Below, in pieces: positions 14,181-30,838 of a DNA stretch of 64,000 bases. Below the pieces are notes generated by a model. That model worked only from the letters and a program-made list of their open reading frames with translations, ran no database searches and was not told the origin of the DNA. The translations under genes were made by a program, and so were the position numbers. The stretch is taken from assembly GCA_965202585.1 (NCBI GenBank), contig OZ241826.1, positions 40,176,001 through 40,240,000 on the forward strand, given 5' to 3'. The DNA comes from Thalia democratica. Taxonomy: Eukaryota. The first letter of the stretch is position 1. Every line of letters begins with the position of its first letter.

Positions 14181-14837
14181 ATGTCATATAAATCAATCCT
14201 AATCATTAGAACTAGTTTAAACAGTTCAAGTATACGCTTAGAAACTCATATAGTCAAAGATGACGGCTTGGCTTGTTTCAAAAATACTAGTTGGTACATG
14301 TCTGATGAAGAAATCATTTTCATAGAACAAGAATACGACTTTGACTTCCTACATAGTTTCGGCTTGGAACACATGAAACAGGAAATGGTCAGAGTTATCA
14401 AACAGTTGAGAGAAAACAATCGAAACAACATTCATCAATTTGTTGAAATTCCCGTGACGCCAAGAGAACTTTCCGAACCACACAGATCGTGTAAAACGAA
14501 TCAGAACGAAGCAACAAGGGAAAATTATGTTAATCAGTCTGAGCTACAACAAAAGTTGTCAGCTCTAGACGAAGAAAGTGAGTTGTTAAAACCATTTAAA
14601 GAAAACAAATGCTCAGTTTGCCTCAGTAGCTACAAAGAGATTCTTGATGACAAATTTCATGTAGTCGTTCCATCTTGCGGACATCCGTTGTGTTGTAGCT
14701 GTGGTGATAGAATTTTGTTTAGTGCAAAGAAAGAGTGTCCACAGTGCAGAGAAGTCGTTAAACTTGAATCTTTTAATTTAATGAAGTTTCATAGAGATTT
14801 AGGGATAGACACACAAGATCAAAAGCTATTCTTATAG
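14181..14837 (+). CDS. RING-HC (C3HC4) E3 ubiquitin ligase-like protein, 218 aa, intronless, copy 1
   Basis: CSVC...CGHPLCCSC...CPQC near C-terminus; same-length paralog at 23041. Confidence 0.9.
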   Translation: MSYKSILIIRTSLNSSSIRLETHIVKDDGLACFKNTSWYMSDEEIIFIEQEYDFDFLHSFGLEHMKQEMVRVIKQLRENNRNNIHQFVEIPVTPRELSEPHRSCKTNQNEATRENYVNQSELQQKLSALDEESELLKPFKENKCSVCLSSYKEILDDKFHVVVPSCGHPLCCSCGDRILFSAKKECPQCREVVKLESFNLMKFHRDLGIDTQDQKLFL

Positions 14838-16234
14838 ACATTAAAAAACTAAGTCTATATGTGTAATTTGTTTAATCGACTTATTTTGAGTAAAAATTAG
14901 TAATAATTTACTTATTCAACCAACTTTTATATTTGGGTTATCTTAATAAGATTACTTGTTACAAATTCTTAAATAAGTTTGTAAGTCAAAACCTAACGTG
15001 TTAAAAAAAACAAGTGGTATTTGATTAAAGCATAGATGGAAAAATTTTTAGCCAACAGGTCAAACTTAACAAAAAAAGTTTTCGCGGGCCGGATAAGTTT
15101 AAAAGTTCTTGAGTTTTCGAACATTAAGAACTTAATAAAAAAAAAGTAAATCTTTTTACAAAAGCAAATTTGTATAAAAACAATTATTTTACAAACTTTG
15201 CTCTTATCAAAAAACATTTTGTTTTGTTTTTCATATATAGTTAACGTAAAAGATGCGTCCTGGCACGATAATTGTAGTCGTAAAACCCAATCTAAAACGT
15301 CTTAAGATAGGTTGAGTATGCAACATATTAAAATTATATATTAAATTTATAGCTTGAAATTATGCAAAACAAAACTTGTAATTAACTTAAACGATTTGGT
15401 GATTTAGCATGATTTATGCATATATTTATAAGCATGGTAAAAATTCTTATTTAAGTAAAAAAGTTCATCACAAGAGTAGAAAAAGGTAAAAAACTTCATA
15501 ACTGTTTTGCAAACAGTTAATTTACAGTTGTAATATACAGTTATGTTTTTTTTAATTCTTAGTTATAGCAGTGATACTATTCTAAATAAGCATTCATTAT
15601 TAAATACATTAATAAACTTATAAAAAGTAGCTAAATTAAACACTATATAACTGTTATTTAAGAGTAAAATGTAACTACTATTTCATACAGTAATATGTTT
15701 TATATTTTATTCATGCTAAACTTCTTTAGATATCTTTTTATCATTTAAAATATCAACTTGAAATTAAATATTTTGGAAAAAAAACATGATTAAATACTTT
15801 TGAAAACATTGCATCAAGTATGTTAGTACGACTATACTATAAAAAATAAATTTAATTGTTGTTTTATTTTATCCTATTCTTAAAGAATTAGTTAAAAATT
15901 TATACAAAATTTTGATTTAAAAAATTATCCTTTGATTTAAAATACGTCCCTTCTAAGTTTACCTTTTTCAATTTTTCATTCCAAAAAACACTGCACAGAA
16001 TATTTTTGCAGTAAAGTAAAATAATTACTTACAAAAAATAGTTATATCAGGGACAACGTTATGAATTTAATATTCTCACTGATAATATTAATGATAGTTC
16101 ACTCTGTATTAGTGCCATCTGATTTAGTTAGAATTTTTTATTTCTATCGAAAATAAAAAAAATAGTAAACTACACATGACAATGTTGCTTATCTATAAAG
16201 TTGTTTGAAACTTATTCATGAACGAAAATACATA

Positions 16235-17100
16235 CAAAGCTACAATTTTGCATACTCTAAAATTACTAACTTATAAAGGATAGGCTGCAGTTTTAAGTTT
16301 TTGGAATTTTTTCATTCATCATTATGCAAAAACATGCAAATGAGGTTGAGTGATAATATAGCAGAATGTTAAGAACATCTATACCCTTATCCCTAACCCA
16401 CTTTACCCAAAGTTTTTAATCTATACCCTAACCCAACATACTTAAATGTATAAAAAACAAACCTTTAAAAAAAGGTTTACTAACTAAAACTAAAAATAAA
16501 AATATGTAAAATATTAACCGATCAGAAGCGACCTTAGAACTGCAGCTGACACCTATTCGAAATTCTTTTTAAAATGCAAAGCACTGTGAGCTACCGCAAC
16601 AGTGAAACAGTATTCACTACGGCCGTCATCAATAAGTTGAAATGCTTCGCGCTAACAATAATAAACAATGAACCTTAATTGTAATATAGAGAATAACTAT
16701 AAAACCCTGTATTTGTAATTGATAAAAAAATTAACCTACACCGTGGTTTGGAAGTAAAATAGTTATAGCAATACTTATGAGAATTTTTTTATTGGGTTTG
16801 ATTATTATCTTCATTTTATTTTTAATTGTTTAGTAAGGAATTGTTGTGAAAGAAGCTTTTTAAAATGATAACATATCCCAGCTCATCCCTAAGCTAAAAG
16901 AATAGCGTCGACTGCAAATTTAAGGTCGCTTTAAATTGGCTTATGTTTTACTTATTGTTTAACTTTTTTTTCTTTTTCGGTTAAATTTAAAGCATATTTG
17001 GGTAAAGTGGGTTAGGAATAAGAGTAAATATTCTTCTATATTATCAATGAATGAAAAAAGAATACGAGCAAAATTGGCGTTACAGTTTTGTAGTTGCCAA
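16235..17100. mobile_element. ~870-bp foldback (long imperfect palindrome), probable non-autonomous DNA transposon
   Basis: Nested inverted pairs 16307-16319/17047-17059, 16384-16411/16997-17024 (CCCTAACCCACTTTACCCAAA), 16526-16558/16900-16931. Confidence 0.7.
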
Positions 17101-17225
17101 GAAAACAAATATTTCTATTTTATGCATTATATGGAAATTAAGGTAATTATGCATATATTACTTAACATTTTCTGATATTACAAATCTGCACATTTATTTA
17201 CCAATACACAAAATTTACTTCTATT

Positions 17226-17789
17226 ATAAAAATTTTGATTACTCGAATTGTTACTTTCTTGCTACTTTTTAAAACACAAAGCGCTCTAAGCGGCAATCCT
17301 GAATAAATTTTTTCAAACCCGAGACCTTTCAACTGCAAGACGAATGAGACGAGAGCGGAAAACGATTTTTTTTGCTTGAACTCATCTTATGATTGCGGAG
17401 TCGAATGCGGAGATGAGCTATTCTGTTGCGCTCCACATATATGTTGTCAAAAAAGCTCAACAGATATCTATCATGAAACTTATGAAACAGCAACTGAAAA
17501 TAATGAAACAACAAACAGCAAAAATTTTACATTGGGGCGAAATCTTGGCCTTTCTGGTTTTCTTGCGGTCTGGTATATTTTTTGGGGGGTATTATGTTTT
17601 ATTTTAAAACAATTAAATAAACCGACTAACAACTACGGTAACAGTAACTATAGTAACAACCAGAACACCCCCAAGTTCCCCCACCCATGTACTACGATGC
17701 CCCTGGACAGTATGGCAACAGTAACTATGGCAACAACCAGACCACCCCACAATTGCCACCTCTCCAGTATTACAAACCCCGGACAGTAG
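17226..17789 (+). pseudogene. Disrupted single-pass membrane protein gene, WBP1/VOPP1/TMEM92 (Shisa-like) architecture with PPxY tail
   Basis: Signal-like IKILITRIVTFLLLFKTQSALS starting at ATA (17226); in-frame TAA 17304-17306; C-C-C-C-CC-CC ectodomain; TM LGLSGFLAVWYIFWGVLCFIL; two ~78-nt tail repeats with -1 and -2 deletions; shifted frame reads PPPMYY. Confidence 0.65.
17634..17786 (+). repeat. Two-copy ~78-bp coding tandem repeat (77 and 76 nt)
   Basis: TACGGTAACAGTAACTATAGTAACAACCAG...GGACAG then TATGGCAACAGTAACTATGGCAACAACCAG...GGACAG. Confidence 0.85.
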
Positions 17790-19204
17790 CCAAGACAGAA
17801 CATTAATCAAATTAACATCGTATTCTAATAATGTGTGCTAAGTAAACAGTATATTTATAAACTTTCAATAGAAAACAGAATATGGTACTAAAAGTTGAAG
17901 TCAAAAATTTTGTTTGTTGAATAATAAAACAGTAACATACATTTTATTCTTTGTTATGTTTAATAAAAAGTAACTTAATTAATATAACATTACGTGTTTA
18001 CTGTTTAGTGTTGTTTTCAATTATTCAAATTTATAGTAAGAATGATTAGTATAAAAAGTTGGAAATAAAATAGAACAATTGCATTATAATAAATAAAAAC
18101 AACTGTTACAAAAATATTACAAGTGTTTTAATTTTATTATCTTTTATCTGAGGTCAAAAATTTCCAGATTTATTAAGTTGAACTGGCAAGCTCTTTTAGT
18201 GAAAATTAAAGCTTTTATTCAGCAGTCAGAAGATTGCGGCCCGCGGTAGAGTTTTCAGCTAAAATTTAAATAAATAAATAAAAACAAATTATACAGTAAT
18301 CTTCCTTCATTGTACCAAAATATGTTTCTGTGTATTAACGAATCAACACACTTCAACTGGGTTCTGTAAAAAAATTATTACTGTAATGTAAGAATAGAAG
18401 CATAGAATATAGTAGGTTTATACATGTTTTCATTAAAAATAAAATATAACAATTTCTACAAATTTTTACAGGTTAACAGTTAATAATAGGTAAAATACTT
18501 AATGTCAAATCCGACTGTTATAAAACTGTATAATATTTGTAATTATGAAGTCTAAATTAAATAAAGTAAACTAAAATACACAACAAAACAACAATAATAG
18601 TATAAACAAACCACTTACTTTAATAAAATAATAACTGATTCAAATTTATTTTACCGTTGTCAATGATTGAACAAAATACATCCAATAATTAATTTGTAAA
18701 GTTTAACAGCGACATACATAAAAACATAATTACTTAAATTACATACATATTGTATATAACAACTATTAAAATAATTGATTGTTGTTTTCTAAAGTAGCAG
18801 TCGAGTGTTTAAATTAAAGATTCCATACAGATATTTTAAGTATTTAATAGTTAAATTGTGTTATATATGAAAGTTAAAATGTGGGTGGTAATATGACAAC
18901 CAGGTGGTCATATGCTATGTATAAACCTGCAGTAAAAACCTCTAGCTCTATTGGGCGTAGTAGGTAAAAAATCACGGTTTATCTGTGATTTGAATACAGG
19001 CTTCCAATTAAACTTGGAACTTAACACATAAAGATGTGAAGAATTATAGTCGGAGGGTGAAGTGAATTTATGACATGTCGGAGAATAGAAAGTGACATAT
19101 GTGAAATAAATATATAAATAATAAATGAATAGAACTACGTTTTACTTAGGATATATAATTATATTAATATATATTAAGTGAATGTGTGTGTTTATATGAA
19201 AGGT

Positions 19205-19622
19205 GAATGAAAAATATGGAAGGTGAGAAAGCGTTAAGGTGTTATTTGAAGAACCGTCGGTTGTGTACACAGTTGTTTGAAATATCATTTCTTTTATTTA
19301 GTAATTGTTTACTATCTTCTGCTAAAATTGCCATTCGTTCAAGGTTGCATATTTGGCAGATCTTACTCGCGCTACTGATGTTATTGTTGGAGTGGTGAAG
19401 GATGTTCCATTTTTTTCTGGTTTAGTTCCATACCTGTCAAAATACTGCCAAACGAAATCTGAGAATCTTGTGCTATTCTTTTTATTTACATGCTTAAAAG
19501 TATACTTATGCCCGGTGTACCTATTTTTTAAATGACCTCTTGTCGAACCAATATGTACACAACCGATGGTTCTTCTTCAAATAACACCTTGGCGCTTTCT
19601 CACCTTCCATATTTTATCATTA
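19205..19622 (-). mobile_element. Penelope-like element relic: C-terminal GIY-YIG endonuclease fragment (19242-19552, one frameshift) with inverted copy of its 3' end
   Basis: Minus strand HIGSTRGHLKNRYTGHKYTFKH..STRFSDFVW..KWNIL..CQICNLERMAI..LLNKRNDI..CVHNRRFFK*, like PLE endonuclease C-termini; 19551-19622 is the reverse complement of 19205-19270. Confidence 0.75.
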
Positions 19623-20965
19623 TGAAATTATTAGGTCTAGTATTTCAATTCTACACTACAAAAGATTCTGTAAAAAAATCAATTCCACTTAAACTATGCG
19701 ACTGGAACTAATTTGTAAAAGTTTAATTTTTGTACATTATTTGATTAACAAAAACTCATTTCTACATAACTAAAATTTTATTAATAAATCTGTTTAAACT
19801 GATCTTAAGACTTCTAAAATATAAATCTAAGTACAAAATTAAAGCAATAAAACACTTTTTTCAAAATTTTTCCAGACTTTTTTCAAAATTCATAAAATTT
19901 CGAAATTAAATAACATTTAGTTGATAGTATAGTAAAAAAAAACAACTTTAAAAATCTACAAGTAGACACTGTCAATAACTGAAATTTAATTTGTATAAAA
20001 TGGTATGTTAACTCCAAAATAAAAAAGGTAGTTTTTTAACAAACAGTAACTAACTGTAATTATAATTTTTAATTGAAATAGGAATACTGTTAAATAAGTA
20101 CCAAGTAAGAAACAGCCAGATAAACTGCATTAGATTTAAACACTCATAAAATACAAGGCAAGTCGATTAGAAAACCCTTACTTGGTACAAATGGTTTTAT
20201 TACACTTGTAATAAAACAATAATAATAAGACAGCAAACAGTAACTAGACTTGATCTTTCCAATTTTAAATAGACAAAACTCGCTAAACAATAGCCAAATA
20301 CTAATATACCAGACAAAGTAAACTTTCTATTTTTACTATGATGAAAAAAAGAAGCAATTAGTATTTTAATGTATCATTTCTGAAGAGAATGCCCGCAAAA
20401 AGTGAAGTCGCAAAGTTTTTAAACTTACATAAGATATTCTGGGGTTAATAATGAAAAGCAAAAATGTCCCAGGAAGTTTTTAAAATAATACTTAATATCA
20501 CGGGCTATGCTATTAAAAGTAAAATCTAAAACTGCCTTCCACAAAAGTTTTTTTTGTAAATTTATTCTGAAACTACCAAATGCCTGCCAACTTCTGAATC
20601 TGTAATATATAATAAAGCATGTATAAATTTCTTTTTTGGGTTCAAAATTAGTTCGTATAAAAGTTTTTTTTTTTTAATTAGCTAGTTAAATAAGCATACT
20701 ACAAAAGTACAAGAGGAAAAAACTTAAAGGTTTTATCATAAGAGTTAATTTTCATTACCAGTAAATCTAAATAATAAAATTTTTTGTAAGTTTTATCTTT
20801 TATTCACTATTAACACCTTAAAAATAGCTTATTCCCAACTTATAGTTCTTAGTTGAAAAAAGTTACTTTAGCCATAACAACTTAGTTTTAAAAAAATCAA
20901 AGTCGTATAATTTTGCATATAAAGCTAAATAAACTAAGTGTTTTTAAAGTACATTTCTTTCTTCT

Positions 20966-21425
20966 AGAGAAATAATTCTATAAATTATTTAGGTACTACA
21001 AGGTTTTCATCACAAAAATAATGATAAATTTCATCTTCAAAACTTTTGGTTTTTCTTCCATGACTGTCTGTTTCATAATTATCTGCAGAACTTATTATTT
21101 CAAATTTAAGTTGTATGCATTTCACGGATTACTATGCTTCTTGAGAGACAAATACTTTATAAATGTGCAATTATTGCAATCAACAATACAATGAGCTTAC
21201 ACTAGCTAAGTTTATCGAATCAATGTTAGTTCTCACAACTAGGAATAAAATATTCGGTTAAAATTTCATTTTTACACTATTTTAAAAGTTATTTTCAACT
21301 AAGTTTGTAAATCATAGTTTTACATTATTATTTTATAGTTTTTAATTTAATGAAAATTACCTTTAAATAGATTATTTTCTCTCAAATTCGAATTGTTTAA
21401 ACATTTTATTATGGTACTCTATCTA
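20966..21425 (-). pseudogene. Pseudogene paralog of the PARP-like gene
   Basis: CTTCCATGACTGTCTGTTTCATA shared with ~7894-7916; minus translation SADNYETDSHGRK..HYFCDENLVVPK; stops and frameshifts; HGT/GIY core appears deleted. Confidence 0.85.
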
Positions 21426-21443
21426 TATATATCAATATATATA

Positions 21444-21672
21444 TTTCCCAAAGTGGGTCATGACAGATATTTAGGGGATCATGAGCAGCAAAGAGGCCAA
21501 AAGGGAATGGGTCATGGACAGTAAAGGAGCCACGAAATCATAATTTGAATCTTACACTAAATATTCTTGAGTTGCGTATGAAGAGCAAAAAAATAAAAGA
21601 AATCACTTGGGGTCATAGCTTATTTAATTTTTTTTAAAGAGGAAATTTTGAAAAAAAGTTTGGGAAACCCTG
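21444..21672 (-). mobile_element. hAT-type MITE, same family as 25234-25611, left TIR eroded
   Basis: Ends TTTGGGAAACCCTG; internal sequence is reverse complement of the 25234 element; ATCTATAT on both sides. Confidence 0.75.
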
Positions 21673-23040
21673 ATCTATATCAATACATACTTTATGTGGT
21701 GTTTTTGAAATCGAGTTTTTAAAGAGTTTTGAATAAACTAAAACGGAAACATGTTTTGCTTTACGGTTGGTTTTGAAGATATATAAAAAAATTATTCACT
21801 AAAATTTAACTTTTAGCAAATTTATTACAATTTTCAAATAATTAGTCTAACATTTGTTTGTTCATAATACTGTTAGCTACAAAAAAAAATCTTGTTAATT
21901 AGTAAACAAAAAAGTTTAGTTTACCTTTAAGCAAACTTTGTTAGTTATAAGTAAATGTTATTGTTTAACTTATTGTTCTAGTAAGTTTTATTATTATATA
22001 TTTATTACCTATTAAAATTTGACTATAAATACTCTGTCTTTGAAAAACTTCATTAAATAAACACAGTTCGGTCTTTGAAACCAAGTCAATAACTTATGTA
22101 ATATTTGTTTTTAGATAATTAAAAAATATAATTTTTTTATTAAATGTAACAATTTAAAAAAGTTTTGCAAGCGAAAGTTACTTATTTGTACTGCCATACA
22201 ATTTTGTACTAAAATGTTATTTTTAAAACAAATTTTTATTCTAACCCAACTTACCCAAAATTAGTTTGACGTTTTGAATATTATTTTTAATACAAATGTT
22301 TAAATTATCATGACAGAAATTGTATACTTAATGACCTTTTAGATTAAAAATAAAAATGCATTACTTATTAAAAAAAATGTAATTAAACATAGTTTTTTTT
22401 TTATCTAACCTTACTTTCGTCCTTACTTATTCTTAAATAACGAAGCTAGTTTCTAGTTTAACAGTTAGTTTATATCTTTCAGATTAAACTCAGTATTTAA
22501 GTATATACTAATATTCAGCTGCTACAAACAAACTTTATAACAATATATGTTTAGATACTAAGCATTCAATACTTATATAAAACAAATAAAACTATCGAAT
22601 TTTTAATTATCAAAATTAATAAAAATAAATAAAGGAAAAAACTGTTAGAATATTTTCACAAAAAACTATATTAGTTTTTAATTATAACCTTTTTATTGAA
22701 TTGTATAAGCTTCATAAGTTTTAGCTTAAAACTCAGTAGGGTAGAACTCAAAGATTTTACTTTAAGTAAAAATAATTTTTATACTTTTAAAAAAAATTTT
22801 GTCAAGTAGCAAGAAATTAAAATTTAGTTATCAAATAGTTTTGGTATATATAAGGTTATATCATTAGTATTTTAATAGGCAATTGCGATTTTAAACCTAC
22901 TTTTACTTTTTGGGAGTTTAAAACTTTCTTATGGGTTTGTTTTTTATAATATACTTGTAACGACATAAAGCTAATACTTAAATTTGTAAAATAGTACAAA
23001 AATATAACAGAAAGACTTTCATTGGAATACAAAGATAAAA

Positions 23041-23697
23041 ATGTTATATAAATCAATCCTAATCATTAGAACTAGATTAAACAATTCAAATGTATGTCTA
23101 GAAACTAAAATAGTAAAAGCGGACGGCTTGGCTTGTTTTAAAAATACCAGTTGGTACATGTCCAATGAAGAAACCATTTTCAAAGAAGAAGAATATGACT
23201 TTGACTTCCTACATAGTTTCGGCTTGGAACACATGAAGCAAGAAATAATCAGAGTTATCAATCAGTTGGGAGAAAACAATCAAAACAACATTCATCAATC
23301 GGTTGAAATACCAGTGACGCCAAAAGAACTTTCCGAACCACACAGATCGTGTAAAACGAATCAGAACGAAGCAACAGGGGAAAATTATGTTAATCAGTCT
23401 GAGTTGCAACTTAAGTTGTCAGCTCTTGACAAAGAAAGTGAAATTTTGAAAAGTTTTAAAGAAAACAAATGCTCAGTGTGTCTTAGTAACTACAAAGAGA
23501 TCATTGATGAAAACTATCACATTGTCGTTCCAACTTGTGGGCATCCGTTGTGTTGTAAATGTGCTGATTTTATTTTAGTTAGTGCAAAAAAAGAGTGTCC
23601 ATGTTGCAGAGGAGCTCTCACTCTCGAATCTTTTAATTTATTTAAGTTTGATAATGCTTTAAGGGTAGACAGGCAAGATCAAAAGCTATACTTGTAG
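23041..23697 (+). CDS. RING-HC (C3HC4) E3 ubiquitin ligase-like protein, 218 aa, intronless, copy 2
   Basis: CSVC...CGHPLCCKC...CPCC; collinear with copy 1 with no indels; upstream non-coding DNA 21750-22090 matches 13020-13400. Confidence 0.9.
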   Translation: MLYKSILIIRTRLNNSNVCLETKIVKADGLACFKNTSWYMSNEETIFKEEEYDFDFLHSFGLEHMKQEIIRVINQLGENNQNNIHQSVEIPVTPKELSEPHRSCKTNQNEATGENYVNQSELQLKLSALDKESEILKSFKENKCSVCLSNYKEIIDENYHIVVPTCGHPLCCKCADFILVSAKKECPCCRGALTLESFNLFKFDNALRVDRQDQKLYL

Positions 23698-25233
23698 ACG
23701 TATAAAAACTTTAGTCTAAACATATAAATTATTAAATTAAATGCAATTTAAATATATAATAAATGATACTCTAATCCAAGTTGTATATTTAAGTTTTCTT
23801 TGATAAGATTAGTTCTTACGAACTCTAAGATAATTTCGTAAATCAAAGTTTTATTTAAATTACGGCCCAAATAATTGTTTTGTCTAGATAAAAAATAAAA
23901 TAAGCGACATTTGATAATTATATAAATGGGCAATATTATAGTCTGCATATTAAACATAAAACGTCTTTCATGGGTCGGACTAGTTAAAGTATGCTTTAAT
24001 GTTGTTATTTTAGAAGTTTTTATTTAAAATAAAGTCGTACTAGGAGTACACTTTAAATAATTTGTTATTAATAATTGTAGTTAGTAGTTGCAACAACTAT
24101 TTTTCAACGTCAAAGATACGATGTTGACCGGTAGTTTCTGTTGGCGGGTTAATTTCTGCCCGTGAAATTAAACCTCATACTATAGCGTTATTTATAACAA
24201 TCACAAAACCCAATTTCAAATCTAATCTAAATTTTCTGTGTAAATCAATATAAACTAATTTCGATGCTACACCAAAGGGGTTTTTCGTGCACCAGGTTAA
24301 CCATAAAATATTGATAAAAAGAAAAAAAATTAATAAGAATGTGAATTACAATAAATTTAATTCAACTATTTTAGTAGTTTTTTTTTTTCCTTTTATCAAA
24401 TTTTTATCTAGGAATGGCCAAGGCAAATGATAGTGTAATATACATCATTTTGCTTTGGGGCCATATTGTAAAAGATATTAACATTATCTCTAAAATAAAC
24501 ATCTAATAGTTTAAATAACATGCTTATTAAGGGAAAAAATAATATTTATTTTTGGTTTAAATACCATAATAATGAAAAAAAAACCTTTATTTTTGGAGGG
24601 ACCCCATAAAATAATTCAAACCCTAAACCTTTTTTTTCAAATTAAAGACAAAAGTGTGTTCTCTAAAATAAAAATTTTATATAGCTTTTAAGATAAGGAA
24701 AATAATTGACTTTTAAATCTTATGAAAAATTTGCCTGTGAAATTAACTTTATGCTCGTTCTTGACTTTCCCTTCTACAAAAATAATCCAAAAAAAGCAGT
24801 TTTAACTTAAGCTGTTTTGAACAGAGAAAAAATTCCTTTTGCTGACTTTTGGCAAATACTAAGCAGGTTGAAATCTGAATCATTATAAACCACCAAGTGT
24901 TGGAAAATCAAGTTATCTAAACCAGTAGCAGCTGACGCTATAAGAAAAAGTATAAAATAGAATCTGTTATATTTATATTGCTTCAGAGTAAATCGATGTA
25001 AATTATATCTTAGTAGAAATAAATGTGTAATTATCTAGCTGGTCAAATCAATTAGTCTTAAGTTTAAAAAAAATAATTTAACTAGAAATGTAGATCAAAC
25101 GAGGTTATAAATAATCCATTTTACTTGTTATTAATTATATTCAATTTTTATGATAATACCCATAATACTGATTATCTCAATAAGATATTTGATCACTTAT
25201 TTCAACCCTCCACCTACAAATTACCATCTAAAT

Positions 25234-25611
25234 CAGGGTTTCCCAAACTTTTTTGCTAATGGCCCCTTTTAAAGAGTTTGAAAAAGTAGTGGCCCCTTCA
25301 ACATATAGATTACTCATAAACTACTATAAAATACACATAAGACCTTTTTTTTTTTTTTGCTCTTCATCTGAAACTCGAGAATATCTAGTGTAAGTTTCAA
25401 AACTGCCATAAGATACACATAAGACCTTTTTTTTTTCTCTTCATCTGCAACTCAAGAATGTCTAGTGTAAGTTTCAAGTTATGGCCTCATGGCCCCCCTG
25501 TGGCTCCTTTACTGCTCATGGCCCCCCCTCTTCCCCCTTTGCTGCTCATGGCCCCCTGAGTATCTGTCATGACCCCCTAGGGGGCCACTTGGCCCACTTT
25601 GGGAAACCCTG
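25234..25611 (+). mobile_element. hAT-type MITE with intact TIRs and perfect 8-bp TSD
   Basis: TIR CAGGGTTTCCCAAA / TTTGGGAAACCCTG; TSD ATCTAAAT at 25226-25233 and 25612-25619. Confidence 0.92.
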
Positions 25612-25869
25612 ATCTAAATTCACATATCAAGGCTAAAATTTGAAACTTAACAGATGTTTACGAAACGTCGATAAGACTAAATTTATATCTATAAACAGTT
25701 AGAGATTAATTATTATGTTAGTTTTACCCTACTAATACCACAATATTATCTTTAGAAATGATTATCTATTTCTACTGAATGTATCAACCATCTATCATTT
25801 ATCTAAGGTTTATTAAAAAAGCATACAAATATCAGACTAAATTTTATTGTCTACAAACAAATAATAAAT

Positions 25870-30122
<4,253 letters not shown>

Positions 30123-30838
30123 TCTAAATCTGAAAAAAAGAGTGTCATCATTAGCAGAGAAAAGCAATAAAATATGCTTCTCACCATCTACCTAGACAAT
30201 CAAAATACCTTATGTAGACTAACATATCTTTCTAAATAGCATCTTGACTGTATTATACTACATTATTCAAGTTTGAATTTTTTTATAAAAAATTATGCAA
30301 ATTTTACATTTAAACCACTATATACAGCACTTTTAAAATTATGTACATTTTGTGTACTTACTTCAGTGTGAGGGTGTTTAAGAAATTACATGTAAGTAAA
30401 CAGAGAAATGAGATGATAAAACTAAAATGCCTTTTAGCTAAAAAGGCTTTTTACTTGTAAGCAGTTCCCAGTAGGTACTACCTACAAAACAGTCTTGCAC
30501 TTATGACAAAATAATTAAAATAATAATATAAAATAATCTTTAAAACAAATTACAAAATAAGGATAGAAAATTAAAACTAAGCACTTTAAAATTTTCAGGT
30601 TTTTTGCTTTGGTAGATTCAGTAATACAAAAACTAATTTAAAACTACGTTTTTATTAATTATTATTTTCTACTTCAAAAAGTTTGGTCACTCTTTGAATC
30701 TTTTTTTTTTTCTTATAGGACTATGATAGATCTAAACTTCGACCCTTGGTGCAAAATTGTTAAAGTTAAGTGATTAAAGTTTATTAAGTGACAGTTTAAG
30801 TTAAGTTTCTTTTTTTATTCTATGCTAAGCATATTTTT

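Noticed and set aside
20100-20600. Possible Tc1 transposase relic on the minus strand
   Set aside because: Only a weak WQAFGSF resemblance; no clear DDE motif
30131-30165. ATGATGA on the minus strand just upstream of the RPS27A start
   Set aside because: No downstream D box before the acceptor; also could not place the non-coding first exon
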